Positions 15,950-29,649 are shown, counted from the first letter of the stretch. The stretch is 64,000 nt of DNA from Callorhinchus milii (GCF_018977255.1 NW_024704742.1:119972001-120036000); one strand, 5' to 3'. The notes: generated by a model not told the origin, from the letters alone. A program made the numbers and translations.

Positions 15950-17850
15950 CTGCACTCCTCCACAAACCCTCCCTCCCTCCCTCTCTCTCTCCCTCCCTCT
16001 CCTCCTTCCTCCCTCCCTCTCTCCCTCTCCTCCTCCCTCCCTCCCTTCTCTCCCTGGATATGCGTGTTGGGGGCTGCTTTAAACACGCAAAGGAAACATC
16101 TCAACGAGAGCGACAGTGCATCTTCAACAGGGACCGACTTGGGATGCAATCCATCTGTATCCCGCACGCTTTACAATGTATGGAAAGGAGGACGAGAGAG
16201 AGAGAGAGAGAGGGAGAGGAGAGAGAGAGCCCACAAGAGGAGACTGGAATCAAATCCCCCCCACCACCACCACCCCCACCCCTCACAACCCAGCCAAAAA
16301 AGCAGAGCCATTTTACCTCACTCCACCAGTGCTGCTGCAGACGCTCGTCTCCTTCATCAGGTTCCCAACTTCAAACACAACAGGAATTGCCACAATCCCA
16401 CAGCAGAGATTTGCGTGGAGTTGCGTTGAGAAAGACACCCAGTAGCGGCCGACGTTTGTGCGTGTGCAAATAAATATATATATATAGATAGATAGAGAGA
16501 GAGAGAAAGATATTTCTCTCTATATATATTAAATCCACAATAAAAAAGCCTTATTTCCAAGCCTGAAACCCCTGAGGACTGGTGAGAGCTCAGAGCCTGA
16601 GGACAGCCTTTGTCACCAGAAGTTTCCAAGTTTCTTTTCTTTCCTCCCAACACCGGGGGGTCAACTCAAGTCAACTCCCGTCTCTTCTTCTCTTGGCTTT
16701 TTTTTTCTTTCTTTCTTCTTCTTCTTCTTCTTCTTCTTCCTCCTCTCTTTCGTCCTTTCACATCAACTTCCTCGTCTGTGCTTCTCTTTCAAGGCTTTGT
16801 TCTCTCTCTCTCTCTCCTTTGCTCTCACACACTCTCTCTCTCTCTGTCTCTCTCTCCCTCTCTTTTTTTTTCTCTGTCGGTCTCTTTCCTCTTCTCTTTT
16901 TTTTTAAAAAAAACACAACACCACCAAACAAAAATAAAATGGAGTTAAAAAAAAACACTCACACACACACACAGGGTAGAGAAACAAAGTACAGGTCCTG
17001 TGGCCCCCCCCTCCCCAACCCCCTCACCCCACGACAGGAAACTACAGAATCCAGAGCATGTCCCAACCCACAAGAAAGTAAGACTTTTTTTTTGAAAAAA
17101 ACAATTAATTTTTAATTTAAAAACTCCTCCCTCCCTCCCTCCCTCTCTCTCTCCCTCCCTCCCTCTCCCTTTCTCTCCTCCCCTTATTGTAGTTTTTTTT
17201 TCCACCTTCAGGGAGGAGCTCTTGGCTTTTCTTTTTATATATATATATATGTGTATATTTATTTACACACCTTCTTCACAATAGTAAGAGTTAAATGATG
17301 GCCGCACCCCAAGTCCATCCAATGTTAATTCCTCCTCCTCTGGGGAAGTAAGTGACACTGAAACTCTCAGCAGCTCACGGTCACTCACTCAATTGACTGC
17401 TCCCCCCCCCAGCATCAGGCACACACAGAGAGAGAGAGAGGGAGGAAGGGAGGAAAGGGGGGAGGAGAGAGAGAGAGAGAGGGAGGGAGGGAGTGAGGGT
17501 AAACCACACAACTACACGTCCTCAGACAAGCTGCAGACAACACAGTCAGAGCGAGAACAACGCCAGTCACAGAGCAACAACTCCCTCACTCCCTCCCTCC
17601 CTCCCCAACTCACTGACTGACACCTCCCACACCCAACCATCTCCCCCACTCTCCCTGTCCATCACCTCCCCACCCCCCCCCCCCCACCCCTCTCCAGCCC
17701 CAATCAGCCCCCAGCACCTCTCTCGCCCAGGAGCAGGGACTTCCACTCCCTTGCTTCAAGTTTTGCATTAAACGCCCCCAACAGTGTTTATATATATGTG
17801 TGTGTATATATATATATGTGAGTTCTTTACATTACAGTGATGATGGGCAG
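15950..17850. promoter_or_regulatory. Promoter/first-exon-like island of an unidentified gene, probably minus strand
   Basis: TE-free, more CpG than the flanks, dense GA/CT/CCCT/TA/CA microsatellites, YY1-like AAATGATGGCCGC (~17293-17305), CCAAT (~17700), candidate minus-strand donor AAG|GTGTGT at ~17270. Plus-strand donors (~16582, ~17348) also exist, so strand is uncertain. Confidence 0.6.
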
Positions 17851-19125
17851 ACAGAGAAAACACTCCCATCACGTTCCTCTAATCATTGCATTCCCCACCA
17901 GCTCTCCCAGTAATGGTTTGTCATTCTCAAACCACAGGGCAATTGCAGAGAAGGGGAAGGAGAGACCATTCACTTGGGCAGATGTGGGGTTTTTTTTTTG
18001 TTGAGAAAAAGACTTTCGTTTTCTGTGTTTTGAACCGTGTGCAATTCAGCTGACAATAACACGAGTTAGTTGAGTACGTTTTCAAGCAAACAGGTTACTT
18101 AACCGTTCTTGGTATGTGTGTGTGTGTAAGTGAGAGGGTAACCAGGTGTTGGGAAATATATGTCTTATCCAACATACAAACACGCACGCAGACTCGAACT
18201 TGAGTGCGTCTTGAGTGGACCCATACTGAGCTAAAAACATTCTTCTCTGATCAGGAATGCACTTGTTCAGACTCGAACAGTCGCTGTGGTTTGCCATTTT
18301 ATCACAAAGGACATTTAGGTAGACCAATATAATGGCAATTTTGCAAATTAGGTGCGGTCCACTAAATGGGGTAATGGATTGTAAAGGATTCTCTAAATAA
18401 CAATGAGAGTATGTCAACCAGACCGTTGTTACTTCTGTTTGTATGTGTGTGTGTCTCTCTCTCCTTGTAGGAGCTTGTAGTTTTCTTGGTCGCTGTTCCC
18501 TGCGGAGTTTCACTTGGTGATGTGAAAACTGTTTCTATTTTGCAAGGTCTGTCAACTTCACACTTATCCGGACGAATGTAAAGTATCACTTAAGCAAAGT
18601 CAAGCAAGGCAAGGCAAGTCGAAGGAATTCTTGAAATGAAAAAGGGGAAAAATATTGCCTGTTCACCATCTGAAATGATGGGGCAATATTGCCGGTTGAA
18701 CCTATGGAAATATGGAGGAGAACAGTAAGGTCAGAACAAGGAAACACAGGCATTGGGACGTTTAAGAAATGCATACAAATAAGATTTGTATGTTATTTAC
18801 TAATCCATGCATTTGATACAGTGCCTAATCACATCATTGAGATGTCTCAAAGAGCTTCACAGCATATACTGTAAAGTGGATTTACACTATTATAAATTAT
18901 AATATATAAACTAGGTGCCCATAGCTGCAGTTAGTGAAACGTTATCAGTCAATTAATTGTGAAGGTGATATGGGAAAGAGAAAAGCAAGTGTTCGGTCAG
19001 GAAGAAAAGTGTGAAAATTGCAGCATAGACTGGGAGGATATGAACCATCGAGGAGCTGTGGGCAGAAGAGAATAAAAAGAAAAGTGCTAAACATCTCAAT
19101 TAAACCTGGAAATGATGGAAATTTG

Positions 19126-19413
19126 TAATAATAATAATCCTTGCATTTGAATATAGCGCTTTTCACGTCTTCTTAACGTCTCAAAGTGCTTCACAGAATA
19201 TACTGTAAAGTGAATTGACTGTATATTTGTGGGTGAAACGCTGAAGCAAATTGCACACAGCAGTGTCCCACGAACAGTCGTGGGTTGAAGTGACCAACTT
19301 ATTATTGTTTTCTTTTCTTGAGGGATTATTAACAGGCGTGTGGAGTAAGGAAACTTACCCAAGGTTTTGCCCTGCCGGGAATCGAACCCAAGGCGAGTGC
19401 TCTAACCACTGAG
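19126..19413 (-). mobile_element. tRNA-derived SINE, near full length
   Basis: Matches the 32265-32580 copy; B box GGTTCGATTCC. Confidence 0.9.
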
Positions 19414-20104
19414 ATTTATAACAGTGTAGCAAGCAAATCAAAAAAGGAAGATGTTTCTAATAATGCATTATTAGATTATTATTTGCATTATTATTCTAAC
19501 AATAATAATGCGAGAGAGAAAAGGATATGGTGGAGGTGAGGAAGAGACATGTGGAGGAGAGTATTAACACTGCTAGGGACTTATTGGGCGGAGTGACCTG
19601 TTTCATTATTATAGATTCTATGTAATTCTATGCAACAACTTAAACCTAGAACAGGAGAAGAGGTGATAATGTTACATTAACATCCCAAGGCACTGATTGA
19701 CCCAATTATATCCTTCTATTGACCTGATTATATCCTTCAGATACCTATTTACTTGATGTGTATTTCTACAGTGCATTGTTTTAACTTTCTATTATTTTGT
19801 TAAATCCACCCTTATCCCTTATCCTCTGATGAAAGATCAGACTGAAACATCAAGCTTTCTTTCTTTAACTTCGCACCCCTCCCCCACCCGCTAAAACAGT
19901 AAACACAATTTGCACTGTCCGAGAAGTCACACACTTTTTATAAACAGACTATTTTGAATGCACTGACTTTATAAGGATAATAATCCTTATATTTGGTATA
20001 GGATTATACCTCCAACAATGCTGCATGCCCCAGCCTGCGTAAGAATATCAGTTTAGACTATGTGTTCCAATACCCGATATGGGGCTTGAACCTACAGTTT
20101 CCTA

Positions 20105-20920
20105 CAGTTGAATGTGAAGACTGAGGCCCTCCTGATTGGTTCGCGCCAGCGCCTCAGCACTTCAACCTCCATGTTGCACACTACAACTCACCAAGTCAGT
20201 CAGGAACCTAGGTGGCTTGTTCAACCCTCAACTGTCTTTTCTTCCCCACATCCAAGCCATGACCCGCTCTGCCTTCCCTCACCTCCGTAACATCGCCCGA
20301 CTCCGCCACTATCTCACCCCTCAGGCCGCTGAAACTCTTGTTCATGCCTTCATCACCTCCAGGCTCAACTATACAAATGCCCTGCTTGTCGGCCTTCCCA
20401 ACTCCTCCTCCACAGACTGCAGATAATCCAGAACTCTGCAGCCCGTGTCCTCTCCCGCACCAAACTCCGTGACCCCATCTCCCCCATTCTCGCCCGACTC
20501 CCTATCCTTCAGAGGATCCAGTTCAAGATCCTAGTCCTCACCTACAAAGCCCTCCGTGGCCTCGCCCCACCCTACCTCTGCGACTTCCTAACCCCCGACC
20601 AACCCACCAGTTCCCTCCGCTCAGCCGGCTCTGGCCTGCTCCACGTCCCCCGATCCACCCGCCCCACCATTGGCGGGAGAGCCTTCAGCTACTCTGCCCC
20701 CAACCTCTGGAATTCCATCCCCTAATCTCTCTGCCTCGCCGCCTCCTTCAAGTCCTGCCTCAAGACCCTCCTCTTTGACCATGCCATCGGCCACCCCCCT
20801 TCCCCTCCTCTCCTTCCCCCCCTCACCCCAGCTCGGGTCTGAAATGCTGTACACTGTCCAGCGCCTTGGGACATCTTCCCGAAGTGAAAGGCGCTATACA
20901 AATGTAATCTTGTTGTTGTT
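20105..20920 (+). mobile_element. L2 LINE 3' fragment
   Basis: LRNIARLRHYLTPQAAETLVHAFITSRLNY, 3' stem-loop and (TTG)n tail. Confidence 0.92.
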
Positions 20921-21969
20921 GAACCCACAACTTTCTAACTCAGAGGTGAGAGTGCTACCAACTGAACCAGGCTGACACAACTTTATATTTAAATGGAAGA
21001 AAAAAATCAAACAAAATCATTTCTAGGTATAATACAATGTCAAAACACTTTTTTATTTTCTTCAGATTATTGACCCAAAAAGCAAGCCTACAATAATCAC
21101 CGTTGGTGATTGACCAGCCTGTCATGAATGAGATTTGGAACAAAACACTTCAAACCTGTGAGCTAGAGCTCTAAATTGTATAATGGACCTGGCTGGACAA
21201 GGATTGGACTATGTATTCACTGTCACTTTGTGTAAGTTATTGTCAGTATTTAATTTTGAACTTCTTTGTCTTATTCTGTGACCTACAACTCTCCTCTATC
21301 CCATAAAGGAGGTTCTGATAGCTGGGATGTCCTCCCAATGTGAAAGGCGCTATTTAGATGTAATTTGTTGTTCTTTTAGGTCTATTCCTGGCTCATTTCA
21401 AAACCTTAAACTGTCATTCGCTCTTGCAGATGTTGATTGACCTGTTGTAGATTTTCACCATTTACAGTTGTTTTTGGTTCAATCCCAATCCAATATTAAC
21501 TTATTGTAGAGTATTATTAATATGTAGCAGCTATGATATTTTAAAATTAAAATAAAACATTTAAGATCTTTATTACTCCCCATATAAAACTCCTGGGTAC
21601 ATTCACTGTAGCACTGTATTCAGTCTTGAAATGAGAAACATGATATCATTTGAAAAAAACATTTTATCTATTGTAGAATAGATAATAGAAGAGAATATTG
21701 TAGAATTAATTTCCATATTACAATTGTATGGGGCTGTTCTTGGCTCATTGATGATGCTGGTGCTCCTCCCTTGGGTAATAGAGCACTTTATCCTAATCTC
21801 TTTTTATAGACACACTGTTGCAGCCTTTCCTTCCTGAACACTTTCCTGTGTCTGAACAGGCTCCTTGGGCCTATAATAGCTACACAAATAAAAAGTGCTT
21901 CAGCATTGCCTGATATCAACAAATTATTTTGTTTGAGCGTTTTCTCCTCCATTTAAATGTAATTAAATG

Positions 21970-24025
21970 GCTCACTGAAGAGCCAGGTGCGGGCCGCTGA
22001 ACGCACCTGGGTCAAATCTGGCCTAATGGTCCACCGACAAATCTGTCTGGACCTCCTCAAAATCTACCGCTCCACTCCAGCATCGGCCAAATCGTCATTC
22101 CACTCCAGGATAACCCTGGAGGCGAAGAACAACCCCAGGCTACTGTTCTCTACCACATGCCAACTCCTCCGTCCCCACCGCCACCCCGCGCAGGTCATCT
22201 CCTCCAACCTTCACTGCGAGGAGATGCTGGATTTCCTTGAATCCAAGATCAAGGGAATTCGCTCCGCGGTCACTTCCCCTCCAACATCCACCCACCACCC
22301 ACCCCTTCCCTCCCACACTCCGACTCCTACCCATCCTCCCCTACACACCTTCGTACCCGTTTCCCCATCCTCTGTCACCAAACTCATCCTATCCCTTAAA
22401 CCCACCACCTGCTCCCTTGACCCCATCCCCACTCCACTCCTTATCTCTCAGCTCCACCTCCTTGCCCCACATATCACAGACATCGTCAACCTGTCCCTCT
22501 CCTCTGGCTCTGTTCCCATTCCCTTAAAAACTGCCACCATCACTCCCACCTTAAAAAAAACCTCCCTTGATGCGTCGCAGCTATCAAGCTACCGGCCCAT
22601 CTCCAACCTCCCCTTCCTGTCCAAGGTCCTGGAACGAGTTGTCGCCTCCCAGCTGCGCTCTTTCCTCTCCAACCATTCACTATTCGAACCCCTTCAGTTG
22701 GGTTTCCGTGCTGCCCATAGCACAGAAACTGCCCTGGTCAAGGTCACCAATGACATCCTGACCATCTGTGACCAGGGCTCCCTCTGCCTCCTCGTCCTCC
22801 TCGACCTATCGGCAGCATTCGATACGGTCGACCATGCTATCCTCCTCCACCGCCTGTCCTCCCACCTAAACCTTCAAGGCCCTGTCCTTGAGTGGTTTAG
22901 GTCGTACCTCTCCCAACGTCTCCACTTTGTCTCCACAAATGTTTTTTCCTCCGGCCCCCGCACTGTCTCAAGGCTCTGTCCTCGGTCCCCTCCTCTTCAC
23001 CCTCTATATGCTCCCCCTTGGTGACATCATCCGCAGACATGGGGTTAACTTCCACATGTATGCGGATGACACCCAACTCTACCTTTCCTCCTCTACCCTC
23101 AACTCCACGACCACCGATGTCCTGACAGCTGCCTGTCCGACATCGAGTCCTGGACGAGAGATAACTTTCTCCAGCTCAACGTGCACAAAACTGAGGCCAT
23201 CCTGATTGGCTCACGTTAGCGCCTCCGCACCTCAGGCGCTGACAGCATCAGCATCCAAGGCTGCACTCTCCACCTCTCAAAGCCATCAGGAACCTCGAGG
23301 TTCTCTTCGACCCTGAGCTGTCCTTTCTCCCTCATATCCGCGCCACAACTGGCACCGCCTTCCATCACCTCCGGAACATCGCCAGACTACGGCACTACCT
23401 CACCCCTCACGCTGCTGAAACTCTGGTCCACGCCTTTATCACCTCAAGGCTGGACTATGGGAACTCTCTCCTCGTCGGCCTTCCCGCCACCTCCCTCCAC
23501 AAGCTGCAGGTCATTCAGAACTCTGCAGCTCGTGTACTGTCCCGCACCAGGCTTCGGGACCACATCACTCCCACCCTCGCTCGCCTCCACTGGCTCCCCA
23601 TCCACCAGTGGATCGAATTCAAGATCCTCACCCTCACCTACAAGGCCATTCACGGCCTCGCTCCCTCCTACCTCTCCGACCTACTATCCCCCTACCTACC
23701 TGCCCGTACCCTCCGTTCCTCTGGCTCCGGTCTGCTCCACATCCCCCGCCCCAACCGCCCTACCATCGGTGGCCAGGCCTTCAGCCTCTCAGCCCCGAGG
23801 CTCTGGAACTCTATCCCCCAGTGCCTTCGCTGCCTCCTCCCTTTCCTCCTTCAAGGCCGGTCTCAAGACCTTTCTCTTTGACCGTGCCTTCAGCTCCCCT
23901 CTCGACTCTCTACCCCCTCCTCGCTCCCTCCCAGCTCGGGTCCAAAACACTGACTGTCCAGCTCCTTGGGACATCCTACTGACGAGAAAGATGCTGTACA
24001 AATGTAATTTTGTTGTTGTTGTTGT
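21970..24025 (+). mobile_element. 5'-truncated L2 LINE, ORF2 RT frameshifted
   Basis: [46 protein letters not shown]; (TTG)n tail. Confidence 0.96.
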
Positions 24026-24599
24026 CAGTAAGACTTAGATTGTTACATTAAATAAGACCGTTCCAAATTCCGTTTAGCTCATTTTCTACAGCTCTTAACA
24101 TACCTTAATATAATGTATAAAAGAATGCATAGTGGTTGTATAATGAGATATTAATGCATCTGCATTTTTCTTTTATCAAATTTCTTCATTGTAATTTATA
24201 TTGTAGAAAGAAAAGAAACATGTAAGTGGGTATGACAAATTAAGAGCAATGTAAAAGTAATAATAAATGTTCTTGTGCTCAACCACCAGGAAATGTCTCA
24301 ACCTTTGCACCATCATGTTTTTCCCCTTTGAGTTGATTATCTAGTAGTACGTATAAAATTTACAACATCCCAATTGCTTCTTTGACATCACCCCACATTT
24401 GATAAAATTTTGTACATTCGAAAATGCATTTGTACAGTTAATTTGGTTTCAGAGCTATTTTTATCCTCTCCAAGGAGAATGCCATATTCTGCAGATCCGT
24501 AGCAAGAAACTAGTTGATTGAAGCACAATTCCTCCAGATGTTTGTTTTAAGTATTTGAGTTGAAAGATTTATTTGAGTTAATTAGGCTTAAAAGATGCC

Positions 24600-24860
24600 C
24601 AAAAAGGTGAAGAAAAGTTGAATCAAGGCACGGATGTGGGGTTTAAAGGATAATTGCGGGTCAAACAGAATACCAAAGTTCCGTACTGGCTTTGTGAGTT
24701 GGATAATGATTCCATGTGTAGTGATGCTATCAGCCCCTGAGGTGAGAAGGTGCTGACAGGAGCCAAGCAGGAGAGCCCCTGTTTTGTCGAAATTCAATTG
24801 GAGAAAGTTAGCTTTCATGCAGGACTTGTTGTCCAACAGGCAATTGTTCAGATAGCAATA
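24600..24860 (-). mobile_element. Older L2 fragment (3' half of a split element)
   Basis: KANFLQLNFDKTGALLLGS..KPVRNFGILFDPQLSF. Confidence 0.8.
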
Positions 24861-27275
24861 CAACAACAACAAGATTTCATTTATAGAGCGCCTTTCACGT
24901 CGGGAGGACGTCCCAAGGTGCTGGACAGTTGGGTCGGCCGAGCAGGCGGGAAATGGTCAGGGTCAGGGGAGGGACGGGAGGGAGCGAGGAGGCCTTAGAG
25001 AGTTGAGAGGGGAGCTGAAGGCACAGTCAAAAAGAAAGGTCTTGAGACCGGCCTTGAAGGAGGAAGGGAGGAGGCAAGATGAAGGCACTGGGGGATGGAG
25101 CTCCAGAGCCTCGGGGCTGAGAGGCTGAGGCCCGGCCACCGATGGTAGGGCGGTTAGGGTGGGGAATGTGGAGCAGACAGGAGCCAGAGGAACGGAGGGT
25201 ACGGGCAGGTAAGTAATAATAATAATCCTTGCATTTGATATAGCGCTTTTCACGTCGGGAGGACGTCCAAAAGCGCTTCACAGAACACACTGTAAAGTGA
25301 ATTGACTGTATATTTGTGGGCGAACGCGGCAGCCAATTGCGCACAGCAATATCCCACAAACAGTCGTAGATTGAAAATGACCAATTTATTATTGTTTTTG
25401 TTTTTTGGAGGGATTATTAAGTAGGGGGATAGTAGGTCGGAGATGTAGGAGGGAGCAAGACCGTGAATGGCCTTGTAGGTGAGGATGAGGATCTTGAATT
25501 CGATCCTCTGGGGGATGGGGAGCCAGTGGAGGCGAGCGAGGGTGGGAGTGATGTGGTTGCGAAGCCTGGTGCGGGACAGTGCACGAGCTGCAGAGTTCTG
25601 AATGACCTGCAGCTTGTGGAGGGAGGTGGCGGGAAGGCCGGCGAGGAGAGAGTTCCCATAGTCCAGCCTTGAGGTGATAAAGGCGTGGACCAGAGTTTCA
25701 GCAGCGTGAGGGGTGAGGTAGTGCCGTAGTCGGAGGTGATGGAAGGCGGTGCCAGTTGTGGCGCGGATATGAGGAAGAAAGGACAGCTCAGGGTCGAACA
25801 GAACGCCGAGGTTCCTGACTGGCTTTGAGAGGTGGAGAGTGCCGCCTTGGATGCTGATGCTGTCAGCTGTCAGGTGCGGAGGCGCTGACGTGAGCCAATC
25901 AGGAGGGCCTCAGTTTTGCGCACGTTGAGCTAAAGAAAGTTGTCTCTCGACCAGGACTCAATGTCGGACAGGCAGCTGTCAGGACATCGGTGGTCATGGA
26001 GTTGAGGGTAGAGGAGGAAATGTAGAGTTGGGTGTCAACGGCATACATGTGGAAGTTAACCCCATGTCTGCGGATGATGTCACCGAGGGGGAGCATATAG
26101 AGGGTGAAGAGGAGGGAAGGAGGATAGCGTAGTCGACCGTATCGAATGCGGCCGATAGGTCGAGGAGGACAAGGAGGCAGAGGGAGCCCTGGTCACAGAT
26201 GGTCAAGATGTCATTGGTGACCTTGACCAGGGTGGGTTCTGTGCTGTAGGCAGCACAGAAACCTGATTGAAGGGGTTCGAATAATGCATAGGTGGAGAGG
26301 AAAGAGCGCAGCTGGGAGGCGACAACTCTTTCAAGGACCTTGGACAGGAAGGGGAGGTTGGAGATGGGCCGGTAGCTTGATAGCTGCGATGCATCAAGGG
26401 AGGGTTTTTTCAAAGTGGGAGTGATGATGGCAGTTTTTAGGGGAATGGGAACAGAGCCAGAGGAGAGGGACAGGTTGATGATGTCTGTGAGAAGTGGGGC
26501 AAGGAGGTGGAGCTGAGAGATAAGGAGTGGAGTGGGGATGGGTCAAGGGAGCAGGTGGTGGGTTTCAGGGACAGGATGAGTTTGGTGACAGAGGGTGAGG
26601 AAACGGGTTTGAAGGTGTGTAGGGGAGGATGGGTAGGAGTCGGAGTGTGGGAGGGAACGGGTGGGTGGAAGTTGGAGGGGGAGTGACCGCGGAGCGGATT
26701 CCCTTGATTTTGGATTCAAGGAAATCCAGCATCTCCTCACAGTGAAGGTTGGAGGAGATGACCTGCGCGGGGTGGCGGGGTGGACGGAGGAGTCGGGATG
26801 TAGTAGAGAACAGAAGGGGTTGTTCTTCGCCTCCAGGATTATCCTGGAGTAGAAGGACGACTTGGCCGAGGCTAGAGTGGAGCGATAGGTTTTGAGGAGG
26901 TCCAGATTTGCCGGTGGACCGTTAGGCCAGATTTGAGGCAGGTGCGTTCAGCGGCCCGCACCTGGCTCTTCAGTGAGCGGAGGTGGGTGGTGAACCAGGG
27001 GGAGGAGCGAGAGTTGGAGACAGTACAGGAGGTGATGGGGGCAAGAGTGTCGAGTGTGGAGGAGAGGGTGTTGTCGATGGATCAGTGAGGATTGAAGGCC
27101 AGAGGGAGAGGAGTTCAGAGGACTCCAAGGCAGCGGTTAGGGATTGTGGGGGTAACTTCTTCCAGGGGCGGTAGAAGATGGTGGTAGGTCTGGTGGAGGT
27201 GGGGAGGGGGTTGGAGGTGGTGAAGGAGATGAAGTGGTGTTCGGAGACGGTCTTGTCGGTAATGGTGACATCCGA
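24861..27275 (-). mobile_element. 5'-truncated L2 LINE
   Basis: Same RT motifs as 21970-24025 in the opposite orientation; internal deletion and SINE insertion. Confidence 0.95.
25214..25420 (-). mobile_element. 5'-truncated SINE inserted in the L2
   Basis: SINE core and tail; flanked by taagta (25210-25215 and 25418-25423). Confidence 0.9.
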
Positions 27276-27279
27276 GATA

Positions 27280-27530
27280 TAGTCTTGGAATCAAGGGCAG
27301 AGGCAGAGAGATAGAGTTGGGTGTTATCCGCATACATATGGATGTTAACTCGATGTATGTGGATGACATCAGCAAGCGGAAACATGTAAATGTTAAAGAG
27401 GAGAGGACCAAGGATAGAGCCCTGAAGAACATCACAAATGCCGATGCGGAGGGTGCGGGGGAGAGGGGGCTACTGTCAGCTACAAAGTGGAGACACTGGG
27501 ATAGGTAAGAAAGAAACCATGTCAGGAGCC
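27280..27530 (-). mobile_element. Older L2 RT fragment (5' half of the split element)
   Basis: [20 protein letters not shown]. Confidence 0.8.
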
Positions 27531-29649
27531 AAAAAATGTCTCTAATCGGTTTCAATCCTACCAACTTCTAACGATACTCAGTAAGGAAATTTATGATTTA
27601 TATCATAAATCAAGAAATAGTCAATCAAGAAAAACCTGAAGAAAACACTACGCATTGAATACGGACTTAGCTAAACTGGTGGAATGTTCATGTGGCTGCT
27701 TCTTGATCCACGGGACATGGGTTGGCCATCACAGTTCAACATAAATATAATATAAACATTTCCCTCTGCCCCCAAACCTCAATCATTCCAAATTAACATT
27801 TTCTTAATAATTCATTCTCCAACAGGATGGCAGACGGACCTTCATAAGTCTCCTTGACATAATCACTGAGGAAAGAACCATTCCAATCCCCATCCCATTA
27901 CCTTAATTTCAAATATAGATCCCAAACTACAGATTATTTTAAATTTATATTAACCAGCACTACTTGAGCTCAGGTAGGCAAAGCTGTTATCTAAGTCTGG
28001 CAGTGAAGAGACATGAGGGAGAAGACTCACCCTTTGCTCTGATAGAGGTGGAAATAATCTATGTTATTGTGTTCTCTACTGTTCTTGATGCATTCTCTCT
28101 GCATCTTATGGGACAATCTCACGAAGTTCTTTGGTGGACCATTTAAATTCACTTGCACAATGTGCAAGAAACTGGAGAAAGATCATTGACATTGTGAAGA
28201 AAAAGCTCAATGATGGACTTGTATATCACAGCAAATAGGGAATGGGGGTCACTCATCTGGTACATTCACAATGCAATTTTTTAAAAAGGCACAGTTCTAA
28301 TGGATGACCTTAAATTTTGACTTTGTCTACACTCGATAAAGTATGTGGAGGGCAATAACCGATAAGTAATTTCATATCAGCATTGTAGAATTTCCGAATA
28401 TTTGTTAATGAAGTTCTCTATTTCATTGAGGATAGTCTTGAGGACTTTGGAACTGAAATAGATCAAAGCAAAGGTCTCCATCAACACATGTTATTTATTA
28501 CTCATTTTGTTTACCTCCCTCATCACTTGAAAAAATTGACTAATACCAGGTCTGGTTTCATTGAGCTGACAACTCCTGAAAACCTCACCCAAATACCAAA
28601 GTAGTTATTGCTGTCATAAAATGTGACAGCATTTTCAGTGTTTGGGCAACAAACACGCCCAAACCTTTCTTCCTGCTGCACCTTCCTTAATGATATAGCA
28701 CTCGAAGATGCTGCCCAGTATGAAGGGTGCTAAATAAATTCAAGTTGTTGTTATGCAACATTAGAAGGTTATGCTTGAAGGCTTGGTTGAGGAAGGGCAG
28801 GAGGAGGCTCATGTGGAGCATAAACACCGGCATAACCAGTTGGACTGAATGGCCTGTTTCTGTGCTGTATATTCTAATGTATTCTAATGTTATACTCCTC
28901 ATTGCAAGATCCTGTGGACCACATTTAGTCCTAGCATGCATTTCTTTATTTTAAAATAATTTATATACTTTGGCTTCCTTGGGAAATGGAATGTTTACTT
29001 TGGACCAGTGTTCTGGTTTAGACATCAATGTCAGAACCACAGACTAAACTGAGCTAGAGTGATTCATTCATAATACTGTTAACATAACGATAGTGATATC
29101 ACTGACACTGAAGCAGAAACCAGATTTGTACTTCCTACCCCTGAAACCATTTGTTGAGGACTGTCAGAAAGATACCTGGTATCAGGTAGTTTTCAAAATA
29201 AAAATAACACTTTAATAAAATTATAAAATGGTTCATTGAAAATTTCTTGAGCAGCCATTTGTAAATCCTACATATATTGCCTAGTACTTAAATGCAAGAT
29301 TTCAGAATGTTGCCTTGTTAGTCTCCACCTTAATCTAATCTTTGTCCTTTAATAACTGTCTGATCTGAACATATCAAGGAGTTGTTTGCACAACTACTTG
29401 CCCACTGCAATTGCAAGCTCTTGAGATGTTACCCTATGTGAAACTCACTATCTAAATGCAAGTTTTTGTTGCAATTTTCTTTTCCTTTTTTTGTATCACA
29501 TTACAGTATTTAGTATTTTAGCATCTCCTACTTTTACTTTTGTATATTTAACCTGACTTCAAAGTAGAATACGCGCCGAATACTATATAGTAAACAATAT
29601 ATAATTAGATTTTAATGCTCGGTATGATGGAAGCGAATGACAGATGAAA

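Noticed and set aside
16585..16612. REST/NRSE site
   Set aside because: Only the GGACAG half matches.
16060..17771. Many overlapping ORFs
   Set aside because: Low-complexity translations of microsatellites.
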